This document shows, piece by piece, positions 17,866 to 27,388 of a stretch of DNA of 64,000 nt. The stretch spans positions 1,664,001 through 1,728,000 of the forward strand of contig OY781945.1 in NCBI GenBank assembly GCA_963677435.1. The letters are read 5' to 3'. Within the stretch, counting starts at the first letter, position 1. Every line of letters begins with the position of its first letter. This DNA comes from an uncultured Aliarcobacter sp. (lineage in GTDB: Bacteria; Campylobacterota; Campylobacteria; Campylobacterales; Arcobacteraceae). The position numbers and the translations under genes are program-made. The notes under the pieces are model-generated. The model saw only the letters and a program-made list of their open reading frames with translations. It ran no database searches and had not been told where the DNA came from.

Positions 17866-20355
17866 ATGGCAGATAATACAACAACTCAAGAAAATAAATA
17901 TTATATTCCCAACTTCGCATATCCTTTTAAAAAAATAAAAGATGAAAAAACTTGCTTTGAAATGTTAAAAGACAAAGCAGAAGGTAATTATCTTTTTTCA
18001 GAACAAGGATTGTGGCATGGAGGTATGCATTTTGATAGCTTTTTTGATAAAGAGATAAAATGCATTGCAGATGGTGAAATAGTAGCCTATAGAATAAATG
18101 ATAAATATTTAGATGATAAAACAGAAGAAAAAGAGATATATTCAAATGGATTTTTCTTAGTAAAACATTACTTTGAATACCCAAAGGAAAATAAACTAAC
18201 ATTCTTTTCTCTTTATATGCATACAGCAAAAAAAGAAGAATATGATTTTTCGACACATAAAGCAGTAGGTACAAATAGATTTTTAAGAAAGGGAATATCT
18301 TATAAAGAAGAAGATAAATTAGAAGAGTTAGATGTAAATACAAAAATAACTATAGGAAATTCTTTAGATAAAAATAGGTATGAAGTATTGTATGTAGAAG
18401 ATATTAAAAGAGAAGATAATGCAACAATACATAAATCAAATATAGAAAAACTAGATAACTCTTCTTCGAAAGTAATCACAAAAGATAGTATTCCCAATAA
18501 TATAAATATCTTATCAACTCCAATAAAGATAAAAGCAGGAGAAACTATAGGATTAAAAGGAATCTATGGAAAAATAGATAAAAAAGGAAATGAAGTAGCC
18601 CATATAGAAATATTTACAAAGGATGATGTACAAACCTTTGCACAAAAAGCAAAAGAGCATTATGAAAATAAAAATATAAAAGAAGAAGATAAACCAAAAG
18701 CTATACAAATAAAAATACCTAAAGATATAGAAATATATGAAATAATAGAACAAGAGATAGTAAAAACAAAAGATGCAAATGATACAGCAACTTTAAAAGA
18801 TGATTGTAATACTCAAAATGAAATAGAACCTTTAAATAATGATGTAGAAATTGATGTAAATGAAGATTCTTTAGTGTGTAATAATAGATATGAAATAGAA
18901 TCAATAAATGGAGAAGATGTAAGTGATCAAAATCTAAGTATCTATAAAGGTTCAGTAGAAACAATAAAAAAAGTAATAAAAACAAATAATAAACAAATAG
19001 AAGAGATAATAGTAAATCTAAATAAAATAAAAACAATAGAGTATGAGAATAAGAAATATGTTTATTTAGAAAATAAACCAAAAGTATACCTGTATGAAGA
19101 GTGTAAAGAGATACATCCAATAACATTAGAATGGGCAAAAATAATAGATATGAAATCAAATGATAAAGTATCAATGTTTGAGAATATAGAAGATTTAATA
19201 ATTACAGATGTGTCAAATGAAGTAAAATTAAATAGTTCCTATAATGAATTGTTTAAATTAATAGATAAAGACAATAATAATATGTTAGATTTTCAAGAAT
19301 TAAAAGAAGCAGTAAAAAATAAAGATATAAAAGAGATAATAAGTAAATATATCGTAAAACACTCAAGTGAATGGGATAATGAAATTAACTTAGCACAAGT
19401 AATAATAGATAGAGTAGGAAATAATAAAAATAAAATAGATAATATAGAAGAATTTGATTTGTATTATGAGAAAGTAGAAGAAAGAATAAAAAACTTGAGT
19501 TTTTTTGCTGAATGTAAAACAATTGCTGACTTTTCTCAAAGTGATGAAGTTTATCATTTTAATCCTATTGGCTTGGTTGGGGTGTTTGGAACAGTAAATT
19601 GTATTTCATTAAAAGAGGCAAAAGAAATTGCATTAAAAGTTTCAGGAGGATATGAAGGTAAAAATCCTAGTTACTCAAGTCTTGCAGGAAATTTTGATGG
19701 AGCAGGTATGTCTTGGGGGATAATACAATTTAATTTTGGACAAGATACTTTAGGTCCACTTTTATTAAAAATGAAAGTTAAAAATCAAATAAGTTTTGAA
19801 AATTGTTTTTCGAATGATAATGATTTAAGAAATTTAAATAAAGCTTTAAAAGGAACAATTCAAGATCAAATAAATTGGGCTATAGACATGCAAACAAATC
19901 ATAATTCAAGATGGAAAAATATATTTAATAATTTATCAGAAGTGAAAGAATTTCAAAGTTTGCAATTAAAAGCTGTAGAAAAATATGATAATTCTGCTCT
20001 TGAAATAATAGAATGGATGAGAAAAGAACAACCTAATATTATGAAAAAAATTGAATTAATAACATTTGTTGCATTGCATGATCTAGCAGTACAACAAGGA
20101 AGTATAGACAAAGCAAAAATAGAGATTATTAATAAGTGCAATCTTAATGTGCCAAAGAATCAAAATGAATTTATTCGAATAGTAGTTGAAGAAAGAGGAG
20201 CTAAAGCTTCAAGTAGATGGAGAGCTGATGCAATAAGTAGAAGACTTGGTATTTTAAATAAGAAAAAAACAAAAATTGTTCATAGTGGAGAAACAGTGGA
20301 ACGAACAAATAAAAATTTCAATTTAATAAAAGAAGGATATATATGCGATTTATAA
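17866..20355 (+). CDS. Putative T6SS cargo effector with a C-terminal lysozyme-like peptidoglycan hydrolase domain
   Basis: Directly after vgrG; N-terminal WHGG.H...CIADGEIVAYR...FFSLYMH domain, EF-hand-like DKDNNNMLDFQEL, HFNP junction, C-terminal YEG...AGNFDGAGMSWGIIQFN. Confidence 0.7.
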   Translation: MADNTTTQENKYYIPNFAYPFKKIKDEKTCFEMLKDKAEGNYLFSEQGLWHGGMHFDSFFDKEIKCIADGEIVAYRINDKYLDDKTEEKEIYSNGFFLVKHYFEYPKENKLTFFSLYMHTAKKEEYDFSTHKAVGTNRFLRKGISYKEEDKLEELDVNTKITIGNSLDKNRYEVLYVEDIKREDNATIHKSNIEKLDNSSSKVITKDSIPNNINILSTPIKIKAGETIGLKGIYGKIDKKGNEVAHIEIFTKDDVQTFAQKAKEHYENKNIKEEDKPKAIQIKIPKDIEIYEIIEQEIVKTKDANDTATLKDDCNTQNEIEPLNNDVEIDVNEDSLVCNNRYEIESINGEDVSDQNLSIYKGSVETIKKVIKTNNKQIEEIIVNLNKIKTIEYENKKYVYLENKPKVYLYEECKEIHPITLEWAKIIDMKSNDKVSMFENIEDLIITDVSNEVKLNSSYNELFKLIDKDNNNMLDFQELKEAVKNKDIKEIISKYIVKHSSEWDNEINLAQVIIDRVGNNKNKIDNIEEFDLYYEKVEERIKNLSFFAECKTIADFSQSDEVYHFNPIGLVGVFGTVNCISLKEAKEIALKVSGGYEGKNPSYSSLAGNFDGAGMSWGIIQFNFGQDTLGPLLLKMKVKNQISFENCFSNDNDLRNLNKALKGTIQDQINWAIDMQTNHNSRWKNIFNNLSEVKEFQSLQLKAVEKYDNSALEIIEWMRKEQPNIMKKIELITFVALHDLAVQQGSIDKAKIEIINKCNLNVPKNQNEFIRIVVEERGAKASSRWRADAISRRLGILNKKKTKIVHSGETVERTNKNFNLIKEGYICDL

Positions 20356-20957
20356 TTTTAGTAGTTTGTTTAATAAATTTTTCCTTTGCAGAAATTAATT
20401 GTGAAGAAGGTTATAAGAAAATAATACATAGGTATCAGAACCTTACTATAACTGAATGTAATTGTAATTGTACTATGCAAAATAATGATTTTTTTATCAC
20501 AAATAAAAATAATGATTTTATATATAAACTTACAGAAGTTTCAAAAATAATTGATAAAAATAGAACTATTACAAGAAATATAAATCCAACAATAGATTAT
20601 TTTTTAAAAAATAAAAATTTTTGTACTAAAAATTTAGAATTTAAGGAAAACCTATTATATTTCTTTACATTAATTCCTTTTGATGATAGTTATTGTTATG
20701 AGCTAAGTGCATATATGAATCTTGATGGTAAAATTTATACATTAGTTGACTATGTAGAAATAACGAGTAAAATAATAAATATCCAATCCTCAAAACAACC
20801 TCTATATAAAACCCCTTCAGAAAAGACAAAGATGTATCTAGTAAAAGGTGATAAAGTAGAAATACTAGAAGAAAAAGATGATTGGTTATATATTTTATAT
20901 AAAGGTAAAAAAGATATAAAAGCTTGGATTCCTAAAAGTGCAGTTGAGTACAAATAG
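20343..20957 (+). CDS. Putative periplasmic immunity protein with a C-terminal SH3-like domain
   Basis: Overlaps the effector stop; signal peptide; KMYLVKGDKVEILEEKDDWLYILYKG...AWIPKS. Confidence 0.65.
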   Translation: MRFIILVVCLINFSFAEINCEEGYKKIIHRYQNLTITECNCNCTMQNNDFFITNKNNDFIYKLTEVSKIIDKNRTITRNINPTIDYFLKNKNFCTKNLEFKENLLYFFTLIPFDDSYCYELSAYMNLDGKIYTLVDYVEITSKIINIQSSKQPLYKTPSEKTKMYLVKGDKVEILEEKDDWLYILYKGKKDIKAWIPKSAVEYK

Positions 20958-20991
20958 AAAAAACTTCTCAAACTCCAATTTAGAAGATAAA

Positions 20992-21192
20992 CTGTATGAA
21001 GAGTGTAAAGAGATACAACCAATAACATTAGAATGGGCAAAAATAATAGATATGAAATCAAATGATAAAGTATCAATGTTTGAGAATATAGAAGATTTAA
21101 TAATTACAGCTGTGTCAAATGAAGTAAAAATAAAAAGTTTTATAAAAATAAACTCAATGCCACAATATGAAGATAAAGAGAGTTATAATGAA
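20992..21192 (+). pseudogene. Mosaic remnant made of duplicated effector and vgrG fragments
   Basis: 20992-21129 matches 19090-19227 (138 bp, 2 mismatches); 21152-21192 matches 17133-17173 (41 bp, 1 mismatch). Confidence 0.85.
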
Positions 21193-21203
21193 TAAAAGAG
21201 AAG

Positions 21204-21599
21204 ATGAATTTTAAAATGAGTAAATATATATGGATTATTTTACAAATTGCAATTAGTGGATTAATATTATATTTGATATATCTTGATATTGTTTTAATTA
21301 TGGGATATGATGAAATAGTAAAAATGATAGCAATGGATAGAGAAGAATTGATTCATTATCAGCCAGAATTAGGTGTATTTAGTCTAGGATTTTTTATTTT
21401 TGCTGGAGTTATTGAATGGATTTTCCTTTTTGGAAATTTATTTTTAATTTTTTTTCCATTTCTCATTATATCTGTGAACATTATCCTGTTAGTTTGTATA
21501 TTTTTGGCAGTTCTTATTTTCAAACAAAAAGCTAAACTTTTAGTTATCACAAGTTTAATAATTGCTAGTATGTTTTTTATTTGTATATTAAATAGATAA
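21204..21599 (+). CDS. Hypothetical integral membrane protein (possible orphan immunity)
   Basis: 131 aa with about 4 hydrophobic segments, lying after the T6SS scar. Confidence 0.55.
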   Translation: MNFKMSKYIWIILQIAISGLILYLIYLDIVLIMGYDEIVKMIAMDREELIHYQPELGVFSLGFFIFAGVIEWIFLFGNLFLIFFPFLIISVNIILLVCIFLAVLIFKQKAKLLVITSLIIASMFFICILNR

Positions 21600-21854
21600 A
21601 GGTTCTGAAAATAACGAAGATGAAATACTAGAAGTACATGAACTAAAAGAAGCAACAGTGAATACAAAGATAAAATTATTATAAATAATTATGATTTACA
21701 TGAAAGTGAATATTACTCAGATAATTATATGAATAGATATTTCTTTAGAAAAAATCATAAAAAAACTCTCCAATTTGCTTAAAATATAAAATATAGTAGA
21801 ATTCCAACTTATTAAAAAACTAATAATATTAAAATTTTATAACGGATTTAGAAA

Positions 21855-22190
21855 ATGGATTATTTTAGAGAATTATTTTTCGCTTTATCTATATTTTTTA
21901 TTGGATATTTAATTTTTAAATACGACATATTTAAAAAAATGAAAAATTCGAGAACTTTAGCAAAAGATTATAAAGGTTGTTATATTTTAAAATATCCCAA
22001 TAGAGTAGAGTTCCATAATAAAGGAGAAATGTTTTTAATAGATTTTGATGAGTTTTTTGAACTTAACCCAAAATTAAAGGGTAAAATCAAAATCATTGAG
22101 CGACCTTTGTTAGATCTTACAAATAAAGATGCAATTAGAAATGAAGTTGAGATAAGAAAAGAAATTAGAATGGAAAATGATGATTATTAA
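21855..22190 (+). CDS. Hypothetical protein with an N-terminal membrane anchor
   Basis: 111-aa ORF, GGA SD, one TM segment. Confidence 0.6.
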   Translation: MDYFRELFFALSIFFIGYLIFKYDIFKKMKNSRTLAKDYKGCYILKYPNRVEFHNKGEMFLIDFDEFFELNPKLKGKIKIIERPLLDLTNKDAIRNEVEIRKEIRMENDDY

Positions 22191-22245
22191 TAGTAATATA
22201 AAATCTTATCTAGTACAATTTATAGAATTAAAAGAAAGGTTTTAA

Positions 22246-22992
22246 ATGATAGATTATATTTCTTTAGAAAAATATGCAAAGGAAATGTCTATTTTATTAG
22301 TTGAAGATGAAAAAGAAATTTCTGAAAAGATGAAAAATCTTTTAAGTGAAGTTTTTTCAAGAATTGATGTTGCCTTTGATGGAAAAGAAGCTTTAGAAGA
22401 GTATTGTAATTATTTTAAATTACACAATGAATATCCTGATTTAATATTTACAGATATTCAAATGCCTAATATGAATGGAATTGAACTTATAAAAAATATT
22501 TATAAAATAAATCCAAAACAAAATATTATTGTATTATCAGCTTATAACGAATCAGAATATCTTATGGAATTGGTAAATCTTGGAATATCTAGATTTATTT
22601 TAAAACCTGTTGATTATGATAATTTTTTTGAAGTTGTATTTAAAATATCAAAAGAGATTTATTTAGAAAAAAATAAAACTATAGAAGAAAAAGAGATTTT
22701 TATAAAATTAAATAATGATTTGCTTTGGAATAAAGATCTAAAACAGTTATATTTTAATAATGAATTATTTAAACTTACAAAAAAAGAGTTTAGATTATTG
22801 GATTTACTTCTTAAAATACCTGAAAAGATATTTGTTAATGAAGAAATTATCACTTATGTATGGGAAGAAGAATTTGATAAAAGCCCAGATATCTCAAATT
22901 TGAAAAATCTAATATCTAGGCTAAGAAGTAAAATAAGTAGTTTAAAAATTGAAAATATTTACGGTTTTGGTTACAAAATAGCTATTCTTTAA
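22246..22992 (+). CDS. OmpR-family response regulator (orphan)
   Basis: ILLVEDE, DLIFTDIQMPNMNG, LSA and FILKP receiver motifs plus a winged helix ending YGFGY. Confidence 0.92.
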   Translation: MIDYISLEKYAKEMSILLVEDEKEISEKMKNLLSEVFSRIDVAFDGKEALEEYCNYFKLHNEYPDLIFTDIQMPNMNGIELIKNIYKINPKQNIIVLSAYNESEYLMELVNLGISRFILKPVDYDNFFEVVFKISKEIYLEKNKTIEEKEIFIKLNNDLLWNKDLKQLYFNNELFKLTKKEFRLLDLLLKIPEKIFVNEEIITYVWEEEFDKSPDISNLKNLISRLRSKISSLKIENIYGFGYKIAIL

Positions 22993-22996
22993 TTTT

Positions 22997-23920
22997 TTAA
23001 AGATTGTACAAATAAAGTACAAATGGAATATAAAACAATGAAACAAGTGTTGAAATTAAAACAGCAACAGACATTTTTTCAGGTTTTACATTCAATAAAG
23101 TTGCCACTGTTACTGTGTTTCCAGCTAGTGGAACAATTGCAAATATAAACATTACTAAATATAAATCAGGGTCTAAAAAATGTATAAAATTTTTATCTAA
23201 AAAAATAAAAATAAGTACAATCAGTGGCCAGATGATAAATTTAACAAAAAGTGCTAATGATATAAACATTTTATCAAATCCACCACTTGTTTTTATATGT
23301 TCCATTCCCATACCTAAAAGCATCATTCCTAATATTGCATAGGCACCTTTTAAATAACCAGTATAAGACATAAACATTTCTGGCATTTGAAAACCTGATA
23401 AATTTAAGATAAGTCCTAAAACAAAAGCATGTAATACTGGAAGTTTCATAACTTTTCTGATACTCTCTTTTGCTGTAAAAGTACTTTTAGCAGTGATATA
23501 ATATCCCACAGAATTTTGATATAAAATTGAAGCTAAGATACTAAAAATAAAAATATCTACAAGTTTTGGTTCTAAAAATAAAATAGCTACGGGAATCCCA
23601 AGATTTCCTGTGTTTCCAGTCGCAACTGTAAAAGAAAGAACATTTGCACTATTATCTTTGAATATTTTCTGAAAAATTGGAAGTGTTCCAAAAGCAATAA
23701 TTAGACTTATAGTAAAAAAGAAAAGTGGTAAAAAAATTACTGAACTATTTATGTGTACGCTCAAAGTTGCATTAAAAACAATTAATGGAGCTAAAATATA
23801 AAGCAATATTTTGGCAATAGTGTCTTTACTACAATCAAAATATTTGGTGCTGAAAAAACCTAATAATATACTAAAATATAAGGGAATTATTTTCCCAAGA
23901 AGAGTCAAAAAAACTGTCAT
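22997..23920 (-). CDS. AEC family transporter
   Basis: Polytopic; GNTGNLGIP and KFIIWP motifs. Confidence 0.85.
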   Translation of the reverse strand: MTVFLTLLGKIIPLYFSILLGFFSTKYFDCSKDTIAKILLYILAPLIVFNATLSVHINSSVIFLPLFFFTISLIIAFGTLPIFQKIFKDNSANVLSFTVATGNTGNLGIPVAILFLEPKLVDIFIFSILASILYQNSVGYYITAKSTFTAKESIRKVMKLPVLHAFVLGLILNLSGFQMPEMFMSYTGYLKGAYAILGMMLLGMGMEHIKTSGGFDKMFISLALFVKFIIWPLIVLIFIFLDKNFIHFLDPDLYLVMFIFAIVPLAGNTVTVATLLNVKPEKMSVAVLISTLVSLFYIPFVLYLYNL

Positions 23921-23991
23921 ATAAATCCTTAGATAAATTTATATATATTATAATTAATTTTAATAAAAATAATCTATTTATTTAGTATAAA

Positions 23992-25548
23992 TTATTTATA
24001 AATCAATCTTGCAATTGCAAAAATAAACAAACCTAAGGCAATCTCTTTTAACTCTTTGTCATATAAAAGTATAAATATTGAACTAGCAAATAACGCCATT
24101 GAAAAAATAATTGGTTTAAGATAATCTTTTATCTCTTTTGAAATCCAAGTTACTTGGTCATTTGAAATCTGAATTTTCAACTCTCCTGAGCTAGCTTGTT
24201 TTAGAACTGATTTAAAATCTTTTATAGTAAAAGGAATAGATTTTATTTCATCAACTAATGTTTCTAAAATTGATTCATTTGCTCCCAAAGCTTTTGGGAT
24301 ATTCTTTTGTAAAATTGGCAAAATATCTTTTATCCCATTGAAATTTTCTATATAAGTTGTTCCTAAACCTTCGATTATTGCGCTAACTCTTAATATATAA
24401 ATAGCATCACTTGGAAGTTTAAAAGGAAAATCTCTTGTATTTTCAAGTACATCAAAAGCCAATTTTTGCATTGATTCACTACTTAAGTTATCATTTGAAA
24501 ATATATCAAACATTTTATTTGTAAACTCTGCTAATTCGTTTGTAGGAGCTTCATAAGCTATGGTTCCTAATCGTTTACTAGCATTTATATAAAGTTCATA
24601 ATCTCTTTCATGTGCAGCTTTTATAAGCTCAATTATTGCTATTCTTGTAGCATTTGGAACTGATTTAACCATTCCAAAATCAAGTAAGATTAATTCACCT
24701 TCTTTATTTACAAGTAAATTTCCAGGATGAGGATCTGCATGAAAATAACCATTTATTAACATTTGAGTTGTATAAAAATCTATAAGTTTTGAAATAATAA
24801 TATTAAAATCAATGTTTTGTTCTTTTAAACTTTTTTTATCATCAAATCTAAATCCCTCTTCAAAACTCATAACCAAAGCATCATCACTTGAAATATCAGC
24901 ATAAGCTTTTGGAAATTTTATTCCACTATCTTTGTACATATGTGAGAATTTTTGCAGATTTGAAAGCTCATTTGTAAGACTTACTTCTTGTAAAATCATT
25001 GAAGAAAATTCAGAGATTACAGCTTCTATAGAATTTTTTGTGTGGTGCGAAAATAGGGGTTTAAATATTGTGTTAAAGATTTTGATGATTTTTATATCAG
25101 CAACTACACGATTTTTTATTCCTTTTCTTCGCAGTTTTACAGCAACTTTTTCATTTGTTTTTAAAAATGCAATATGAACTTGACCGATAGATGCCGATGC
25201 AAGTGGAGTTTCTTCAAACTTTATAAAAGGATTTATTTCAAAGGCTTTTTTGAAAACTTCTTCATATTCATATTTTCTCATAGCTGGAAGTTGATCATGA
25301 AGTTCTCTTAATTCATCCAAATAATCAGCTGAAAAAAAGTCTGCTCTTGTTGCTAACACTTGTGCTAATTTTACAAAACTAGCTCCAAGACTTATAGTTA
25401 TTTCTTTTAATTTTTTAGGTTTTAAAGGTTTAAAAAATAAAAAGCTATCCTTTTTTTTTATCACTAAATAAATAGTTAATAAAAATTGAAATACACTATA
25501 AACTCTACTTGGAGAGTAAAGAGTCAGGGTTTTAAAAAAAGTTTTTAT
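23992..25548 (-). CDS. AarF/UbiB/ABC1 atypical kinase family protein
   Basis: LG.SFVKLAQ.L.TR.D, ASASIGQVH, VAVK, FHADPHPGN and LLDFGM motifs; the frame stays open upstream of GTG 25464 to an ATA at 25548 that follows GAGGA. Confidence 0.85.
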   Translation of the reverse strand: MKTFFKTLTLYSPSRVYSVFQFLLTIYLVIKKKDSFLFFKPLKPKKLKEITISLGASFVKLAQVLATRADFFSADYLDELRELHDQLPAMRKYEYEEVFKKAFEINPFIKFEETPLASASIGQVHIAFLKTNEKVAVKLRRKGIKNRVVADIKIIKIFNTIFKPLFSHHTKNSIEAVISEFSSMILQEVSLTNELSNLQKFSHMYKDSGIKFPKAYADISSDDALVMSFEEGFRFDDKKSLKEQNIDFNIIISKLIDFYTTQMLINGYFHADPHPGNLLVNKEGELILLDFGMVKSVPNATRIAIIELIKAAHERDYELYINASKRLGTIAYEAPTNELAEFTNKMFDIFSNDNLSSESMQKLAFDVLENTRDFPFKLPSDAIYILRVSAIIEGLGTTYIENFNGIKDILPILQKNIPKALGANESILETLVDEIKSIPFTIKDFKSVLKQASSGELKIQISNDQVTWISKEIKDYLKPIIFSMALFASSIFILLYDKELKEIALGLFIFAIARLIYK

Positions 25549-25808
25549 TTTAAATCCTCTTTTAATTTTACTAAATCTTCTTTAGTTGCAAGTCCTAGTT
25601 CATCAATAATCTCTTTCATAGTTGATTTTAATTCAGCTTTGAACTTCTCATCACTCTCTTTACCTTTTTGCTCCAATGATTCTAAAAAACTTTTTACATC
25701 TTTAGTATCAAGTTTACCTTTTTCTTCTAGTTTTTTCAACTCATCTTCAATTTTTTCTTTTAAAACCAAAGCTCCACCAAGTCCTGTAAAAATTAGTTCT
25801 TTTAGCAT
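25545..25808 (-). CDS. Phasin-like small protein commonly paired with UbiB kinases
   Basis: GLG...KEK.E.....L..KG and LGLATKEDL pattern, coiled-coil. Confidence 0.7.
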   Translation of the reverse strand: MLKELIFTGLGGALVLKEKIEDELKKLEEKGKLDTKDVKSFLESLEQKGKESDEKFKAELKSTMKEIIDELGLATKEDLVKLKEDLK

Positions 25809-25826
25809 TTTCTATCCTTTTTATTT

Positions 25827-25868
25827 AGTATATCTCTTTTTTTTATTACTTTGTATGCTATTTTTGTC
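25827..25868 (-). promoter_or_regulatory. Promoter with the tandem ACAAA motif (site 1)
   Basis: Minus strand: GACAAA-N7-TACAAA-N17-TATACT. Confidence 0.6.
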
Positions 25869-25874
25869 TTTTAA

Positions 25875-26183
25875 TTACCAAGGACCCTGAAATCTGTTTA
25901 CTTTGTGTAAAACCTTTTTTTTATGTTTTGTAACGCGTCCTTGAACTCTTTTTCTCCACATTTTAAAACTACTTTTTTTTAGTAAGTTTCTCATCTTTTT
26001 TTTCACTTGATTTTCAGTCAAACCATAAAGTTCAAAAATTGTATCAAAGGTAGTTCTATCTTGCCATGCCATCTCGATTAGACGATTTAAATCCTCTTCT
26101 TTTAGCTCTTCTAAACTTTTATTCTCTTTTTTAGGTTTTTTTGTAAAATCTAGTTTTACACTATCTTTTTTTTCAAAATACAT
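25875..26183 (-). CDS. TIGR03643/DUF2805-family protein
   Basis: RLIEMAWQDRT.F..I...GL.E..V...MR..LK.SSFK.WRKRV.GR; ATG at 26183 after AGGA. Confidence 0.85.
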   Translation of the reverse strand: MYFEKKDSVKLDFTKKPKKENKSLEELKEEDLNRLIEMAWQDRTTFDTIFELYGLTENQVKKKMRNLLKKSSFKMWRKRVQGRVTKHKKKVLHKVNRFQGPW

Positions 26184-26185
26184 AG

Positions 26186-26707
26186 TTATTCCTGAATAGT
26201 CCAAATTAGTTTTGAAGTATCAAATCCTAAAGTTGGAAGTTTTTGTAAAATTTCATTTTTTACAGAAGCAGGAATTTTATTTTCCCTTGATAAAATCCAC
26301 AAATACTCTCTTGATGGAGTTCCCACAACCGCATAATTATAATCTTTATCTAAAATTAAAACCCAATAATCACCATAAAATGGTCTAAAAAAACTAACTT
26401 TTAATTTGCTATTTGTTTCATCTGTTGCATGGGCTCGACCTTGTGCTTCACCTTTTTCATTTGTAGTTATTTTTGTACATCTATTTATTACTTTTATAGT
26501 TTCTGCATCCATCATAGAGTAGTTTGCTGTAACATTTTTGCAATCTCTCTCAAAGAAGTGTTCAAATCTTGCTATTTCATACCAAGTTCCAAGATATTTT
26601 TCTAAATCAACTTTTTCTACAGTTTGAAGAGGTGGATTTTTTGTAGAACAAGCGGTAAAAAGTAAAATCATTGATAAAATGAGAGTACTTTTAAATATAT
26701 TTTTCAT
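26186..26707 (-). CDS. blc: Outer-membrane lipocalin lipoprotein Blc
   Basis: Lipobox FTAC, YLGTWYEIARF, KLKVSFFRPFYGDYWV and YLWILSR motifs; ATG at 26707. Confidence 0.9.
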   Translation of the reverse strand: MKNIFKSTLILSMILLFTACSTKNPPLQTVEKVDLEKYLGTWYEIARFEHFFERDCKNVTANYSMMDAETIKVINRCTKITTNEKGEAQGRAHATDETNSKLKVSFFRPFYGDYWVLILDKDYNYAVVGTPSREYLWILSRENKIPASVKNEILQKLPTLGFDTSKLIWTIQE

Positions 26708-26730
26708 AAGTGTACCTTTTTGTTTTCTAT

Positions 26731-26772
26731 ATGATAGTCTAATAAAAAGAATTTTTGTATCTATTTTTTGTA
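26731..26772 (-). promoter_or_regulatory. Promoter with the tandem ACAAA motif (site 2)
   Basis: Minus strand: TACAAA-N7-TACAAA-N17-TATCAT. Confidence 0.7.
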
Positions 26773-26946
26773 AGTTCAACTTAATATCTTTAAAATTTAG
26801 ATAAAGGCGCTATTTTCTTTGCATAAGCAATCTCTATATCAAAAAAGATTACAATGTTATATCAAAACAAAAAAAATCACTGTAAAATTAATATAAATTA
26901 TTGCTTTAATTGTACACTACAATGATTTAGATAAGAGGAATTTAAA

Positions 26947-27333
26947 ATGAATATAAAAATGTTACTATTGGGTGCTTGTAGTGCTTTAGCATTACATGCT
27001 AGCAATGGTTTTAATAGTGAAGCAAGTCACTTTGTAGGTGGAGCTGCTATTGCAGGTGGAACAACAGCAATTGTAGATAGTTATTATCCAGAATATAGAG
27101 ATAATAGGGGAATGATAGGATTTGGAGTGAGTAGTGTTTATATTATAATAGAGCAAAGTTTTGAATATGCAGAAAATGGAAAGGCTAGTGCCCAGTTACT
27201 TGATGCAGCAGCACATATAGCAGGTGCAGCACTTGGATCTTTTATTACAGATAAATATATTTTATTACCTATTATTAAAGATTCTCAAAAAGATGGAAAA
27301 ACTGTAGGATTAGCTATTCAACATAATTTCTAA
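26947..27333 (+). CDS. Exported hypothetical protein
   Basis: GAGG SD, signal peptide, Gly/Ala-rich hydrophobic helices, terminal Phe. Confidence 0.65.
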   Translation: MNIKMLLLGACSALALHASNGFNSEASHFVGGAAIAGGTTAIVDSYYPEYRDNRGMIGFGVSSVYIIIEQSFEYAENGKASAQLLDAAAHIAGAALGSFITDKYILLPIIKDSQKDGKTVGLAIQHNF

Positions 27334-27388
27334 AAAGAATGTAGGACAATTAATTTAAATATATAAGTAATTTTTTGTCCTTCTTTTA

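Noticed and set aside
16497..19174. Long antisense ORFs inside vgrG and the effector (e.g. 16497-17144, 17927-18343, 18719-19174)
   Set aside because: Leu/Tyr/Phe-rich shadow frames caused by the purine-rich sense strand; no SD and no domain motifs
20938..21195. 85-aa ORF as a real gene
   Set aside because: It is a chimera of duplicated effector and vgrG fragments, with a start overlapping the immunity gene; treated as a remnant
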